A DNA stretch of 64,000 nucleotides from contig JBBDRK010000049.1 in NCBI GenBank assembly GCA_040905465.1, forward strand, positions 64,001 to 128,000, written 5' to 3'. The translations under genes and the position numbers were made by a program. The DNA is from Trueperaceae bacterium (lineage in GTDB: Bacteria; Deinococcota; Deinococci; Deinococcales; Trueperaceae). Positions 47,009-57,993 of this stretch are shown piece after piece. A model generated the notes under the pieces. It was not told the DNA's origin, made no database searches, and saw nothing but the letters and a program-made list of their open reading frames with translations. The stretch's first letter is position 1. Each line of letters begins with the position of its first letter.

Positions 47009-48514
47009 GTGAACGGATTCGAGAAGCTGGAGGTCTGGTTCCTGACCGGCAGCCAGCACCTCTATGGCGAGGGGGCGCTGCGACAGGTAGCGAGCGACGC
47101 AAGCGAGATCGCCGGCTCCCTGGGAAACGACGACGGCATCGCGATACGTATCGTTCCCAAGCCGGTGCTCACTACCTCCGATGAGATCTATCGGCTGTGC
47201 CTGGAGGCCAACTCCGACGCCGGCTGCATTGGGCTCATGACCTGGATGCACACCTTCTCTCCGGCCAAGATGTGGATCAGGGGCCTGAAGGCTCTCCACA
47301 AGCCGTTCATGCAGCTTCACACTCAATACGGCCGGGACATTCCGTGGGCGTCGCTGGACATGGACTTCATGAACCTGCACCAGACCGCTCACGGCGGACG
47401 CGAGTTCGGCTTCGTCGGCGAGCGGCTGCGGCTCTCACCGAAAGTAGTGGTGGGTCATTGGCGGAGCGAATCGGTGCGCAGGCAGCTGGACACCTGGTGC
47501 CGGGCGGCGGCCGCCTGGCACGACTCGCAGGAGCTGAAGATCGCGCGCTTCGGCGACAATATGCGCAACGTCGCGGTTAGCGATGGGGACAAGGTATCCG
47601 CCGAGATCGGTTTCGGCTACTCGGTGATCGGTTACGGCGTCGGCGATCTGGCGGAGCGGGTCGTCGCCGCGGCACCGTCGGCGGTGGACGAGCTGCTCGA
47701 GGTATACGACGCGAGCTACCGGGTAGCGCCGGAACTGCGGCCGAACGGCGCTCGGCGCGGCGAGCTGCGCGAGGCAGCCCGTATCGAGATCGGGCTGCGG
47801 TCGTTTCTCGTGTCGGGCGGCTTCAAGGGGTTCACCACCACTTTCGAAGACCTCCACGGCCTGTCCCAACTGCCCGGCCTGGCGGTCCAGCGCCTGATGG
47901 CCGACGGGTACGGCTTCGGCGCCGAAGGGGACTGGAAGACGGCCGCGCTGCTCCGCTCCATGAAGGTCATGGCGCAGGGCCTTGACGGTGGTACCTCGTT
48001 CATGGAGGATTACACCTACCATCTCGACCCTGACCGTCCGGCGGTTCTGGGAGCGCATATGCTCGAGGTGTGCCCGTCGACGGCCGGCGACACGCCCACC
48101 CTGGAGATGCACCCACTATCGATCGGCGGCAAAGCCGATCCTGCCCGGCTGGTGTTCGACGTTACCGCGGGGCCCGCCGTCAACGCTTCGGTGATCGACC
48201 TGGGCGACCGCTTCCGGATGATAGTGGGTGAGGTCGACGTGGTTGCCGCCGAGCAACCGCTGCCCAAACTGCCGGTCGCCCGCGCCCTGTGGCAACCCAG
48301 GCCCGACCTCGAAACGGCGACAGCCGCTTGGATCATGGCCGGAGGCGCTCATCACACCGGCTTCAGCAAGGCTCTGAAGGTGGAGCATCTCGAGGACTTC
48401 GCCGAGATGGCCGGCGTCGAACTCTTCGTGATCGACGAGCGTACCCGTCTGCGGGACGTTCGCAGTGAGTTGCGCTGGAACTCGGCCTTCTATCGACTGG
48501 CCGGATCACCGTGA
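47009..48514 (+). CDS. araA: L-arabinose isomerase
   Basis: [56 protein letters not shown]. Confidence 0.95.
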   Translation: MNGFEKLEVWFLTGSQHLYGEGALRQVASDASEIAGSLGNDDGIAIRIVPKPVLTTSDEIYRLCLEANSDAGCIGLMTWMHTFSPAKMWIRGLKALHKPFMQLHTQYGRDIPWASLDMDFMNLHQTAHGGREFGFVGERLRLSPKVVVGHWRSESVRRQLDTWCRAAAAWHDSQELKIARFGDNMRNVAVSDGDKVSAEIGFGYSVIGYGVGDLAERVVAAAPSAVDELLEVYDASYRVAPELRPNGARRGELREAARIEIGLRSFLVSGGFKGFTTTFEDLHGLSQLPGLAVQRLMADGYGFGAEGDWKTAALLRSMKVMAQGLDGGTSFMEDYTYHLDPDRPAVLGAHMLEVCPSTAGDTPTLEMHPLSIGGKADPARLVFDVTAGPAVNASVIDLGDRFRMIVGEVDVVAAEQPLPKLPVARALWQPRPDLETATAAWIMAGGAHHTGFSKALKVEHLEDFAEMAGVELFVIDERTRLRDVRSELRWNSAFYRLAGSP

Positions 48515-48545
48515 GCGGACTGCTGGCGTGGGTCGCGGCGGCCCC

Positions 48546-49592
48546 GTGATAGCGGCGCGACTCTACGGGCCGGCGGACCTTCGGATCGACGAGATTCCGA
48601 TGGTCGGCGGGCCCGGACCCGGAGAGGTAGCGATCCGGGTAACGGCAGTGGGCATCTGCGGATCCGATCTCCACACCTACAACGAGGGCAGGATCGGCAC
48701 CACCAGGGTCGAAACACCGTTGGTGTTGGGCCACGAGTTCGGCGGAACGGTAAGCGCCGTCGGCGATAGTCCCATCAGCGGCAGCGGCGAGCGGTTGAGC
48801 CCGGGGATGCGCGTGGCGGTGGACCCGCACGTGCCCTGCCGGCAGTGCGAGATGTGCCAGCGGGGGCATCCCAACCTTTGTCCCCACCACAAGTTCTACG
48901 GGGTATGGCCGCACGACGGTGCTCTCGTGGAGACGATGGTCTGTGACGCCCAAAGCTGTTTTCCGGTACCGGACTCGCTCAGCGATGTCGATGCGGCCCT
49001 GCTCGAGCCCCTCGGCGTCGCGCTGCATGCCGTTGACCTGGGCAAGATTCGAGTCGGCGACACCGTGACCGTCCTGGGTTGCGGCCCGATCGGACTGCTC
49101 GTCGCGCAACTCGCCCGGCTGGCCGGCGCCGCAACGGTGCTCGCATTCGACCCGTTGGACTGGCGGGCGGAGGAGGCGGTCCACTGGGGGGCTAGCGGGG
49201 GGATCGACGGTTCAGGAGCGGATGCCGCTGCTGCCGTCGGCGAGCAGACCCGGGGACGCGGTGCCGACGTGGTCTTCGAGGTCGCCTGGGCAGGCGCTTC
49301 GGTTCAGAGCGCGGTGGAAGCCGCGCGTCCAGGCGGACGCGTGGTGCTGGTGGGGATACCGGAGGACGACCGACTGGAACTGCAACACTCCACCGCGCGC
49401 AGGAAGGGCCTGACACTTAGCTTCGCCAGGCGCATGAAACACACCTATCCCAGGGCGATCGGGCTGGCTGATGGCCAACTCGAGCTCGAGCGCCTTGTTA
49501 CCCACCGCTTCCCGCTGGAGCGGGCGTCGGAGGGGTTTGCCATGAACGCCGGGTACCGGGACGGGGTGATGAAGGCAGTGATATTGCCGTAG
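48546..49592 (+). CDS. Zinc-dependent (polyol) dehydrogenase
   Basis: GICGSD, GHE, structural Zn CxxCxxC...C, GCGPIG. Confidence 0.9.
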   Translation: MIAARLYGPADLRIDEIPMVGGPGPGEVAIRVTAVGICGSDLHTYNEGRIGTTRVETPLVLGHEFGGTVSAVGDSPISGSGERLSPGMRVAVDPHVPCRQCEMCQRGHPNLCPHHKFYGVWPHDGALVETMVCDAQSCFPVPDSLSDVDAALLEPLGVALHAVDLGKIRVGDTVTVLGCGPIGLLVAQLARLAGAATVLAFDPLDWRAEEAVHWGASGGIDGSGADAAAAVGEQTRGRGADVVFEVAWAGASVQSAVEAARPGGRVVLVGIPEDDRLELQHSTARRKGLTLSFARRMKHTYPRAIGLADGQLELERLVTHRFPLERASEGFAMNAGYRDGVMKAVILP

Positions 49593-49661
49593 GAGAGCGG
49601 CGCTCGTGCTGCTGCGCAAACGCTGTCGGAATGGACCGCGAGATCAGCGCGCACAATGCCC

Positions 49662-50876
49662 TCAATTCCTCTCGTGGAAAGGCGCCAGTTCCGTTACTAC
49701 CACGTGCATGTCGCCGTCCGTTTCCCGCACCGCCCCGGTCACCAAGTACGGGCCAGGGGTGGTGAGCCGCTCGCCGACACGTGCATTGGCTTCCGGGAAC
49801 AGCACGGCCTCGACGAGCCCCGCCTCGTCCTCGAAGGTGAGGAACCGCAGCTCGCCATTGCTGGCGGGAACGCGGCGCGCGGCGGCCAGAAGGCCAACGA
49901 ACCTCACCGGGTGCCCGACACGAGAAGCCAACTCGCTCGAGCGCAGGCAGCCGAGCTTGTCCGCTTCCGCTCGGAGCAGGCGCATCGGGTGCTCGGAAAC
50001 GTGCATGTCCAGGAAGCGGATCTCGTTACGGACGCGCACAAGCGCCTGATACGCGAGAAACTCCTCCGCCAGGCTGCCCCTCTTTACTCGCTCCAGCACG
50101 TCGCTCAGGGCGCCGTGGCCCGCTTCTCCCGCCATCCCCTCGAGGACGACGTCGTGTACCAGCGGGTAGCCGGCGGGTGAGAGCGGCGGCAGCTCGTCGC
50201 ACGCCCCTGAGAGCAGCAGTGCCCTGAACTCCCGCTTCACGGGACGGGCACTTTCCAGCAGTTGGCCCAGATCGGCGAACGGCCTCCCGTCCAGCAGATC
50301 GTTCGCGGTGCGCCGGGTCAGCCCTTTGATGGCGGTCAAGCCGATGCGCACGGCCGGCGAAGGCTCTCTTTCGACCGTTGACGCCAACTGCGATCGGTTC
50401 ACGTCGGGCGGGAGCAGGGTTACTCCCCAGCGCTCGACGGCCGCGGCCGTGGTGCGGAGCGGGTAGAGCCCGCGGTGTTGGTTGATGAGGGCGCAGCCGA
50501 ATTCCAGAGGAGCGTGCGTCCGGAGCCAGGCCGCCTGCCAGGCGAGGACCGCATAGCTGGCTGCGTGCGCCTCGGCGAACGAGTACGAGGCGAAGCGAGC
50601 CGCCGCTTCCCAAGCTCGCTCGGCCACGCTGCGCTTCGCTCCCGAGCCGAGCGAGCGCTCGAGGAAGTCTGCTCGTAGCCCGGCCAGCGCATCGGGCCGC
50701 TCGCCAGCCGCCACCACTGCCGTGCGCAGCGCATCGGCCGAGGCCAGGTCCATGCCTCCGACGGTCGCCAGCAGCCGGATGATGTCCTCGTCGAAGAGGA
50801 GAACACCGCGCGAGTGCGCCAGTCGCGCGCGCAACTCCCCGTAGCGGCCGTCCTGCTCGCCGCCTATCGCATCGCT
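49662..50876 (-). pseudogene. C-terminal fragment of a DnaE2-like DNA polymerase III alpha subunit
   Basis: GVLLFDED, FASYSFAEAHAASYA, PPDVNRS, IRIGLTAIKGL, HPM, and OB-fold FLTFEDEAG. The PHP domain and catalytic palm are absent. Confidence 0.8.
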
Positions 50877-50880
50877 CGTA

Positions 50881-51231
50881 GTGAAGCACTTCAAGTGGGA
50901 GCCGCGCGGCCGCAGGAGGCTGCACCGTACCCCATCACAACGGGAGATAGACGCCTGCCTGCCTTGGCTGGACGCCGAGATCGAACGGATCCGGCCGCGG
51001 GTGCTGGTGGCGATGGGGGCGACCGCGGCGAAGGCGCTGTACGGGCCGGGCCACCGGGTCTCCCGCCAGCACGGTGAACTGGTCGAGTCCGACCGGGCCG
51101 AGTTGGCCACCTCGACGTTCCACCCGTCGGCGATCCTCCGGCGTCGCGGAGACGATGAACGCCGCGCGGAGATGGAGCGGTTCGTGAGGGACCTGCGGTA
51201 CGCGTGGGGGTTGCTGGAGTCGAACGGCTGA
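50881..51231 (+). pseudogene. C-terminal half of a UdgX-type family-4 uracil-DNA glycosylase-like protein
   Basis: VKHFKWEPRGRRRLH (R-loop), ACLPWL, GATAA, HPSAILR. The N-terminal Cys cluster and GEQPG motif are missing. Confidence 0.85.
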
Positions 51232-51291
51232 GCGAGTCGAGGCAAAACGAGAGGTACCCAGGATCCTCGGTCAGCCCGCGGGCTCGCGGGC

Positions 51292-51342
51292 TTGACAGGC
51301 GCGCCCTTTTCCCAATACAGTCACTCTTACTTGTACGGACAA
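51292..51342 (+). promoter_or_regulatory. Promoter (TTGACA-18-TACAGT) and GntR/HutC-type operator TTGTACGGACAA
   Basis: -35 at 51292, -10 at 51316, inverted repeat TTGT-N4-ACAA at 51331-51342. Confidence 0.65.
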
Positions 51343-51381
51343 CCGGAAGACAGGACCACCTTCGTGAGCGACAGGACGAGT

Positions 51382-52146
51382 ATGTCCATGAGTATCAGCC
51401 GAGACAACCCCCTCCCTCTTTACCATCAGCTGCGCGAACTCTTTCTAGCCGAGATTTCGAACGGCCGTTGGCAGGTTGGTGGAGTGATACCCTCCGAGAT
51501 TCAGTTGGCGAAGGGGTTCGGGGTTAGCCGCGCTACTGTGCGTCAAGCCCTGCTCGAGTTGGTACAGACCAACCACCTGCGCCGGATCCAGGGCAAGGGC
51601 ACGATAGTGACCGAACCGAAGGTCGAACCGCTGGGCGCCCTGACGAGCTTCACGGAAAACATGAAAGCAGCGGGTATCACTCCCACTCGAACAACATTCT
51701 TCGCCGAATGGAGACGCCCGCCTCCGGCGATCGCTAAAGCCTTGCCCAGCAGCAAGAACCGTGCCTATTATGTCGAGCGGCTGCTGATAGCCGAGAGCAT
51801 TCCCCTCGGCTTGCAGCGCGCCTGGTATCCCGACTGGCTCATATCCGGCAATGAGAGTTACTTTTCCCGCAAGAGCCTGGACAAAAACTCCCTGTACGAA
51901 CTCCTCCAGATTCACTGCGGCATAACCCTCGACACGGCAGAGGAAACGATCGACGTTCTCATGCCCGCCGCGAACGACGCCAAGCTCCTCGACCTCGCTC
52001 CCGACCAGCCGATCATGCTCATTCAGCGCGACACTTTCGACCCCAGCGACAGACTGATCGAATCGGTCGAGTTGCTGTTCCGCTCCGACCGGTATCGATA
52101 TCGCGTGATCCTGTCGCGATCACAACGAACGGGAGGTGGCCGCTGA
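51382..52146 (+). CDS. GntR/HutC family regulator (UTRA domain)
   Basis: PLYHQL, IPSEIQLA, VSRATVRQAL, QGKGT, SLYELL, FRSDRY. Confidence 0.93.
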   Translation: MSMSISRDNPLPLYHQLRELFLAEISNGRWQVGGVIPSEIQLAKGFGVSRATVRQALLELVQTNHLRRIQGKGTIVTEPKVEPLGALTSFTENMKAAGITPTRTTFFAEWRRPPPAIAKALPSSKNRAYYVERLLIAESIPLGLQRAWYPDWLISGNESYFSRKSLDKNSLYELLQIHCGITLDTAEETIDVLMPAANDAKLLDLAPDQPIMLIQRDTFDPSDRLIESVELLFRSDRYRYRVILSRSQRTGGGR

Positions 52147-52206
52147 CATCGAAGTCGACCCCGCCGTCCATACCCCGACCACCGTTCTATGAAAACGAGG
52201 GACAAG

Positions 52207-53298
52207 ATGAAAAGACTCGCTGTTCTCGCATTCGTCCTCTTCTGTTTCGTGGGGCTGGCCCAGCAACGCGAGCCGATAACCCGGATGACCTGCGAGGAGC
52301 TCCTCGACTTCTACGACCAGCTCCCCTTCACCGATATCCTCCCCCTTCCCGAAGGTCCGATCGCAATCGACGGTGAGGAGCGGGACATCACCATCGGCTT
52401 CTCGCAGACGGGATTCAATCATCCGTGGCGGGTCTCGATGCTCCAGGCGCTGCAAGCCGAGGCGTGCCGCCATCCGAACGTTGAACTAATCGTGCTCGAC
52501 GGTAACGTCGACATCGCCAAGCAGAACAACGACGTGCGCGATCTCCTAGCGCGGGGTGTCGATGGCGTAATCATGAGTCCGGTGGAGTCTGCGGGCCTGG
52601 TGCCCGCCTCTCGCGAGGTGTTGCGGCAAGGGCTGCCTCTGGTCGTGCTCGACCGCGACGTTCCCACCGACAAGACCCTGTTCATCGGGCAGAGCAACGT
52701 GACGATGGCAGAACAGGTTGCCCAGCGCATGGTCGAAGACTTAGGCGGCACAGGAAAGATAGTCGCCATCACCGGACTGCTCGGGTCTTCTCCCGCCGTT
52801 GACCGCAATCAGGGAATGCTCAACGTAATCGCCGATCACCCCGGCATCGAGGTTCTGGTTACCGGCGACGGCGAGTGGATCCGCGAACCGGCTGTTCGCT
52901 TGATGGACGACTGGCTTACCGCCTACCCCGAAATCGACGCGGTCTTCTCCCATGCCGAGGAGTCCTCGTGGGGCGCGCAACTCGCAATAGCGCGAGCAGG
53001 CCGCTGCGACGACGACATCAAGCATTACACCTTCGACGGCTCCAACGCTGGTTTCAAGTCGGTGGGAGTCGAAACCTTCCAGGCCGACGGAAACTACACT
53101 CCATTCATCGCCGACATCGGACTCCGGGCCGTGCTCTACGAACTAACCGGCATGGAGATCCCAGACAAGCAGGAGTACGAACTCCCCGGCTGGCTTCTTC
53201 GCCTGCCCGATTCTCCCACCGTGGTCCCGGAAAACGCCGAAGAGTGGATCGGGCGTGGTTGGGGCGAATTCGAGCCGCCGTCCGACCCCTGTCAATAG
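52207..53298 (+). CDS. Monosaccharide (RbsB-like) ABC substrate-binding protein
   Basis: Signal peptide GLA-Q, IGFSQTGFNHPWR, LDRDV, SSPAVDR, GEW. Confidence 0.88.
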   Translation: MKRLAVLAFVLFCFVGLAQQREPITRMTCEELLDFYDQLPFTDILPLPEGPIAIDGEERDITIGFSQTGFNHPWRVSMLQALQAEACRHPNVELIVLDGNVDIAKQNNDVRDLLARGVDGVIMSPVESAGLVPASREVLRQGLPLVVLDRDVPTDKTLFIGQSNVTMAEQVAQRMVEDLGGTGKIVAITGLLGSSPAVDRNQGMLNVIADHPGIEVLVTGDGEWIREPAVRLMDDWLTAYPEIDAVFSHAEESSWGAQLAIARAGRCDDDIKHYTFDGSNAGFKSVGVETFQADGNYTPFIADIGLRAVLYELTGMEIPDKQEYELPGWLLRLPDSPTVVPENAEEWIGRGWGEFEPPSDPCQ

Positions 53299-53357
53299 GT
53301 GAAGCTAATGGGTTCCGGTACAGGAACCCACCCGGCTACCGTTCGAACGGTTGAGAG

Positions 53358-54881
53358 GTGAGGCTTGTGTCGAGCGAAGACCGCAAACCCACCCACCTGC
53401 AGGCGCGCGGCGTCAGCAAATCGTTCGAAGGCAATACCGTCCTCAGGGAAGTGGATCTCGCCGTAGCAAGCGGCGAGATCCACGCGGTCGTGGGCGAGAA
53501 CGGCGCAGGCAAGTCCACGCTTATGAAGATCCTCGGAGGAGTGTACGCACCAGACTCCGGCAACCTCGCCATCGCCAACCAGCCGTACCGACCGCGTTCA
53601 CCCAAGGACGCGATCGATCACGGCCTGGTGGTCATCCACCAGGAATTCTCCCTGACCCCCCACTTGTCTGCCGAGGAAAATATCTTTCTGGGACACTACC
53701 CGGTTACACGTTACGGAACTGTGGATCGCCGGGCGATGCGGGAGCGCACTCTGCAACTGCTCGAGCGGCTCTCGATCCGAATCGATCCGGGAACCCCCGT
53801 GACCAGCCTGAGTGTCGCTCAACAGCAGATGGTCGAGATCGCCAAAGCGCTCTCCCTAGACGCTCGCGCGCTCATCCTCGACGAGCCGACCGCGGTACTG
53901 GACGAGGAGAACGTCGAGGTGTTGTTTCGGGTTCTGCGTCGCCTGCGGGAGGAGGGCTTGGCGATCGTGTACATCTCCCACCACCTCGAAGAGATCTTCG
54001 AGATCGCCGACAAGGTCACCGTCCTCAGGGACGGTGCCAAGACGGGTTCAGCGGACGTGAACGAAATCGATCACGACTGGCTTGTTGCACGCATGATCGG
54101 CCGCGGATTTCCGGATCACCGCAGCCAGTCCAGGAAGCATGGCGAGGTCGCTCTGGAGGTGTCCGGCCTCACCCGAAAGGGTAAATTCGAGGACATCTCG
54201 TTTTTCGTCCGTCGAGGTGAGATAGTCGCACTCGCTGGACTGGTGGGCGCAGGGAGGAGCGAAATAGCTCAGGCTATCTTTGGGCTGCATCGCCCCGATG
54301 CTGGCACGATGCGCGTCTTCGGGCGGGTGCGGCGGATACGCAATCCAGGCGCCGCAACCAGGCTCGGCATCGCGTACACCCCGGAGGACCGCAAAAGTCA
54401 CGGGTTGTTTCTCAACCGTCCAACATCAGAGAACATCACCATGTCGGTCCTGAAGCGCTTCTACCGCTTTCCGATCATGAGGCTGAGACATGAACGGGCG
54501 TTCGTGGAGAGGATGGTCGCTTCGTTGGACGTCCGCCTGCCCGGACTGGGCGCGGAGGTGCGCAACCTCAGCGGCGGCAACCAACAAAAGGTCCTGCTCG
54601 CCCGGTCCTTGGCGGCGGAACCTAAAATACTGCTGCTCGACGAGCCCACGCGTGGCGTGGACATCGGTGCCAAGCAGGAGATTTATGACTTCATAGAGCA
54701 GCTCGTTGGCCAAGGCATGGCAATAGTCCTCATCTCATCCGAGATGGAGGAAATCCTGCGGCTCGCGGACCGGATCATCGTGCTGAGGCGTGGCCGCATC
54801 GCCAGGACTATGGACCGAACCGAGGCCAGCGAGGACGCCATGATGAAGGCGGCAGCGCTATCTCAAGCGACACCGGCGTGA
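53358..54881 (+). CDS. Sugar ABC transporter ATP-binding protein (RbsA-like, two NBDs)
   Basis: GENGAGKST, LDEPT, LSGGNQQKV, DEPTRGVD. Confidence 0.95.
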   Translation: MRLVSSEDRKPTHLQARGVSKSFEGNTVLREVDLAVASGEIHAVVGENGAGKSTLMKILGGVYAPDSGNLAIANQPYRPRSPKDAIDHGLVVIHQEFSLTPHLSAEENIFLGHYPVTRYGTVDRRAMRERTLQLLERLSIRIDPGTPVTSLSVAQQQMVEIAKALSLDARALILDEPTAVLDEENVEVLFRVLRRLREEGLAIVYISHHLEEIFEIADKVTVLRDGAKTGSADVNEIDHDWLVARMIGRGFPDHRSQSRKHGEVALEVSGLTRKGKFEDISFFVRRGEIVALAGLVGAGRSEIAQAIFGLHRPDAGTMRVFGRVRRIRNPGAATRLGIAYTPEDRKSHGLFLNRPTSENITMSVLKRFYRFPIMRLRHERAFVERMVASLDVRLPGLGAEVRNLSGGNQQKVLLARSLAAEPKILLLDEPTRGVDIGAKQEIYDFIEQLVGQGMAIVLISSEMEEILRLADRIIVLRRGRIARTMDRTEASEDAMMKAAALSQATPA

Positions 54882-54891
54882 AGGAGAACTG

Positions 54892-55860
54892 ATGGCACAG
54901 AGCGCCACAATGACTCGGTCTGGGATCGGAATCGCCGCTTTGCGGGGTGTAAGACAGCAACTAGGCATCATCCTCGCCCTGGTCCTGCTGTTGATCGTGT
55001 CGTCGCTGCTCAACGATCGCTTTCTCACCGTTCCCAACCTCCTCAATGTACTCCGCCAGGTTGCGATAGTGGGAATCCTCGCCATCGGCCAGACCTACGT
55101 GATCCTCACCAAGGGTATCGACCTTTCCGTTGGCTCGATCCTTGGGTTATCGGTAGTGCTATTCGCCGGCCTGATCGAAGGCCAGGCTTTAGCCGTTGCG
55201 ATCCCGCTCGGGCTGGCCGCTGGTGTCGTGATGGGTGCCCTGAACGGTCTCGGCGTAGCCTTCGCCCGGATCCCAGCTTTCATCATGACGCTCGGAATGC
55301 TCTCGTTCGCCCGCGGTCTCGCCTTCATTTATACTGGCGGTACGCCGATCCCCATCCTCAACGAGACCTACTATTACATTGGCAACGGCCGTATCTTCGG
55401 CCTCCCGATCCCCGCAATCATCCTGTTAGCCACCCTGGTGGTAGCCGCGCTGAGTCTCCGAGTCACCCCATTCGGACGATGCGTTTACGGTATCGGCTCG
55501 AACGAGGACGCCGCCCGCCTCTCGGGCGTGCCCGTACGCCGCTACACCTTGGCGGTCTACGTAATCTCCGGCCTTTGCGCGGCAATCGCCGGGCTGGTGT
55601 ACTCCTCGCAACTCGGTGTCGGCACGCCGATCGCAGGTCAGGCGTATGAACTGGACTCGATCGCTGCGGTAGTAGTAGGCGGTACCTCGCTGTTCGGCGG
55701 GAAAGGCTCGGTGATCGGCACCTTCATTGGTACCCTCATAATCGGGGTACTTGCCAACATCCTCAACCTCACGGGCGTAGACCCGTTCGTACAGCAGCTC
55801 TTCAAGGGGGCCCTTATCGTCGTCGCCGTCTACATAATGAGCCGCTCCGGCCAAAGCTGA
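54892..55860 (+). CDS. Sugar ABC transporter permease (RbsC-like)
   Basis: GIDLSVGS, AARLSG, YELDSIAAVVVGGTSL. Confidence 0.95.
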   Translation: MAQSATMTRSGIGIAALRGVRQQLGIILALVLLLIVSSLLNDRFLTVPNLLNVLRQVAIVGILAIGQTYVILTKGIDLSVGSILGLSVVLFAGLIEGQALAVAIPLGLAAGVVMGALNGLGVAFARIPAFIMTLGMLSFARGLAFIYTGGTPIPILNETYYYIGNGRIFGLPIPAIILLATLVVAALSLRVTPFGRCVYGIGSNEDAARLSGVPVRRYTLAVYVISGLCAAIAGLVYSSQLGVGTPIAGQAYELDSIAAVVVGGTSLFGGKGSVIGTFIGTLIIGVLANILNLTGVDPFVQQLFKGALIVVAVYIMSRSGQS

Positions 55861-55878
55861 GGCTCGGATGAGTTCTGT

Positions 55879-57066
55879 ATGTTGAATCTGGACATAGGCG
55901 TTGCACTAAACAGCGAAGTCGAACGTCTCCGTCCACTCGTCGATGAGCACATTACGCTGGCTCGAGTTCGCAAATACCTGCGAGCTCTTGCCGACGTGCC
56001 GGCGCCATCCACCGCCGCTTCGGCGCTCCGTTCGCCGATCCTCAAGGAGCTGCTGACTAGAGACCTAGCACTGCCGGATCCGCGACTGCATTACATCGAC
56101 AACTTCGAGCTTACCGGAAACACGGTGATACTCACCGGCTCCGACTCGTCGGCGAAACCGCTCTGGTACTTCACCCACCTGGACACCATCAGCTACCTAA
56201 TGCAGACCCGCCGAGGAGACCGATATCCGCTCGTTCCATTCGGGCAGCACCTGGTCCGCAAGGGAGAAAGGGACGCTCTTGTCTACCGCTTCGACCTTGA
56301 AGCATGCCGCTATCGAGTGGTCGCGAGGGGGATCATCGGGACAGAGGAGGAGGACCCGTATCTCCGCTGCGAAGACGATGAGATCGAGCTCAGACCCGGC
56401 GACAGGGTCGTCCTCGCGAGCGAGTACCGCGAGGATCCTAAAACGGGCGAGGTGATTGCGCACCTCGACAACGCCGGGGCCGTCGCCGCCCTTGCAGTGG
56501 CCGCGCCCGTGCTGGCCCGGGCCAACATCGACGCGCTCCTGGCCTTCCCCGACGAGGAGGAGGGCCCTCACGGATCGGGCAACCAGATAATCGGCAGAGG
56601 GGGAAGCCGGATAGTGAGCCTCCTCCAACCTCCCGAAATCGCAATCGTCGCGGATGTTCAGCAGTCGGGAGGCAGCGAGCAGGCCGATACCCGCGGTGGC
56701 GCAGAGAACTCCACCCGTCTCGGATCAGGCGCCGTACTCGCCGAGTTCGCCAGTCTCGGCCGCGGAGCGGTTACACCGCCACATCTCTACGCACTGGCGA
56801 GTCGGCACGCCGCCAGCTTGGTGGATGTCGGGGTCCTCGTGCAGGAGTCCAACAACGCCTACACCTCGCGCAGTGACGACGTAAGCGTGATGCTGCGAAC
56901 CCCAAACGTGTTATTGCTGGGCTTCCCGGGCTTCAACCGTCACTTTGATATGGGTCAGCCCAAGGCTAACCTTCACGATCTGGTTCACCTGGCCAAATCG
57001 TACGTGTACTTCTCGGCACTCCAACCCGCCCTCCGCGATATCCTGGCCGAGTTGGCCGGCGGCTGA
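55879..57066 (+). CDS. Divergent M42/M28-like dinuclear metallohydrolase
   Basis: Ligand-like motifs in clan MH order: THLDT, HLDN, DEEEG, VADV, SDD, RH. Confidence 0.55.
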   Translation: MLNLDIGVALNSEVERLRPLVDEHITLARVRKYLRALADVPAPSTAASALRSPILKELLTRDLALPDPRLHYIDNFELTGNTVILTGSDSSAKPLWYFTHLDTISYLMQTRRGDRYPLVPFGQHLVRKGERDALVYRFDLEACRYRVVARGIIGTEEEDPYLRCEDDEIELRPGDRVVLASEYREDPKTGEVIAHLDNAGAVAALAVAAPVLARANIDALLAFPDEEEGPHGSGNQIIGRGGSRIVSLLQPPEIAIVADVQQSGGSEQADTRGGAENSTRLGSGAVLAEFASLGRGAVTPPHLYALASRHAASLVDVGVLVQESNNAYTSRSDDVSVMLRTPNVLLLGFPGFNRHFDMGQPKANLHDLVHLAKSYVYFSALQPALRDILAELAGG

Positions 57067-57069
57067 GCC

Positions 57070-57993
57070 GTGCCTGAACTGGTCACCAGCGGCTGGCTCA
57101 CCATCGATGATGTCGTCCTCCCGGACGGCAGCTACACGCAGAAGGTGCTGGGCGGTGGCGCGCTCTACTCGGCGGTGGGAGCCGCAATCTGGAACGAGGA
57201 CGTCGGGGTGCACTCCGTGACCGGGAAGAAGTACCTCGCGGCGGCGAAACGTGAGATTGGTCGGGCGGGCCTGGATGCGGCCGGTTTAAACGGGATTGTC
57301 GGCAACGGGCTAGAGCTTTGGCTGCTACACGAGAGCGAGTCGGAGAAGCAGCAGGTCCCAAAGTTGACGTCGTCGACGGCAGACGAGATGGACCAAGGAC
57401 GAGCCGAACTGCCAGAGCCGTACCTTCGGGCCCGCGGATTCCACATCGCCCCGCAGACTCCCGACGGCTCCTTCCCGACTCTGAAGGTCCTCGCCGCCAT
57501 CGCTAACCGGCCTGTGATCACTCTCGATATCCTCGTCGACCCTTACGTGGATGTCTCCCGCTACGCCGATCTTGGCTTCCTCGAAAAGGTCACCGCATTC
57601 CTGCCCAGCCGAGAGGAAGTCGCCCGCCTCTGGCGACCGGCCAGCCTTACGGAGTGGCTCCGGACGAACACCGACCGTCACGGGCGCATTTTGGCAATCA
57701 AGATGGGAAGTGAAGGTTCCCTTGTTTGCGCCGGGAAGGACGCACCGATTCATCGCGTTCCTGCGCTTCCGGTGAGCGCCCGCGACACTACCGGGGCCGG
57801 GGACGCTTTCTGCGGCGGCTTCCTCGCCGGCCTGGTGGAGCACCGTCCGGTTCCGGAATGCGCAGCGATGGCCACCGTTTCGGCCTCCTACGTCGTAGAG
57901 GCTAGGGGCGCCCTTGCTACCGTTTTCCCCGACCCGAAAGAGCGCGGCGAGCGTCTCAAGCAGGTGTTGAAGAGGATCAGCATACATGGATGA
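57070..57993 (+). CDS. PfkB family carbohydrate kinase
   Basis: LGGGALYSA, PSREE, KMGSEG, DTTGAGDAFCGG. Confidence 0.92.
   Translation: MPELVTSGWLTIDDVVLPDGSYTQKVLGGGALYSAVGAAIWNEDVGVHSVTGKKYLAAAKREIGRAGLDAAGLNGIVGNGLELWLLHESESEKQQVPKLTSSTADEMDQGRAELPEPYLRARGFHIAPQTPDGSFPTLKVLAAIANRPVITLDILVDPYVDVSRYADLGFLEKVTAFLPSREEVARLWRPASLTEWLRTNTDRHGRILAIKMGSEGSLVCAGKDAPIHRVPALPVSARDTTGAGDAFCGGFLAGLVEHRPVPECAAMATVSASYVVEARGALATVFPDPKERGERLKQVLKRISIHG

Noticed and set aside
50877-51245. N-terminal part of the 527-aa minus-strand ORF as a novel DnaE domain
   Set aside because: It is the antisense of the udgX-like fragment.
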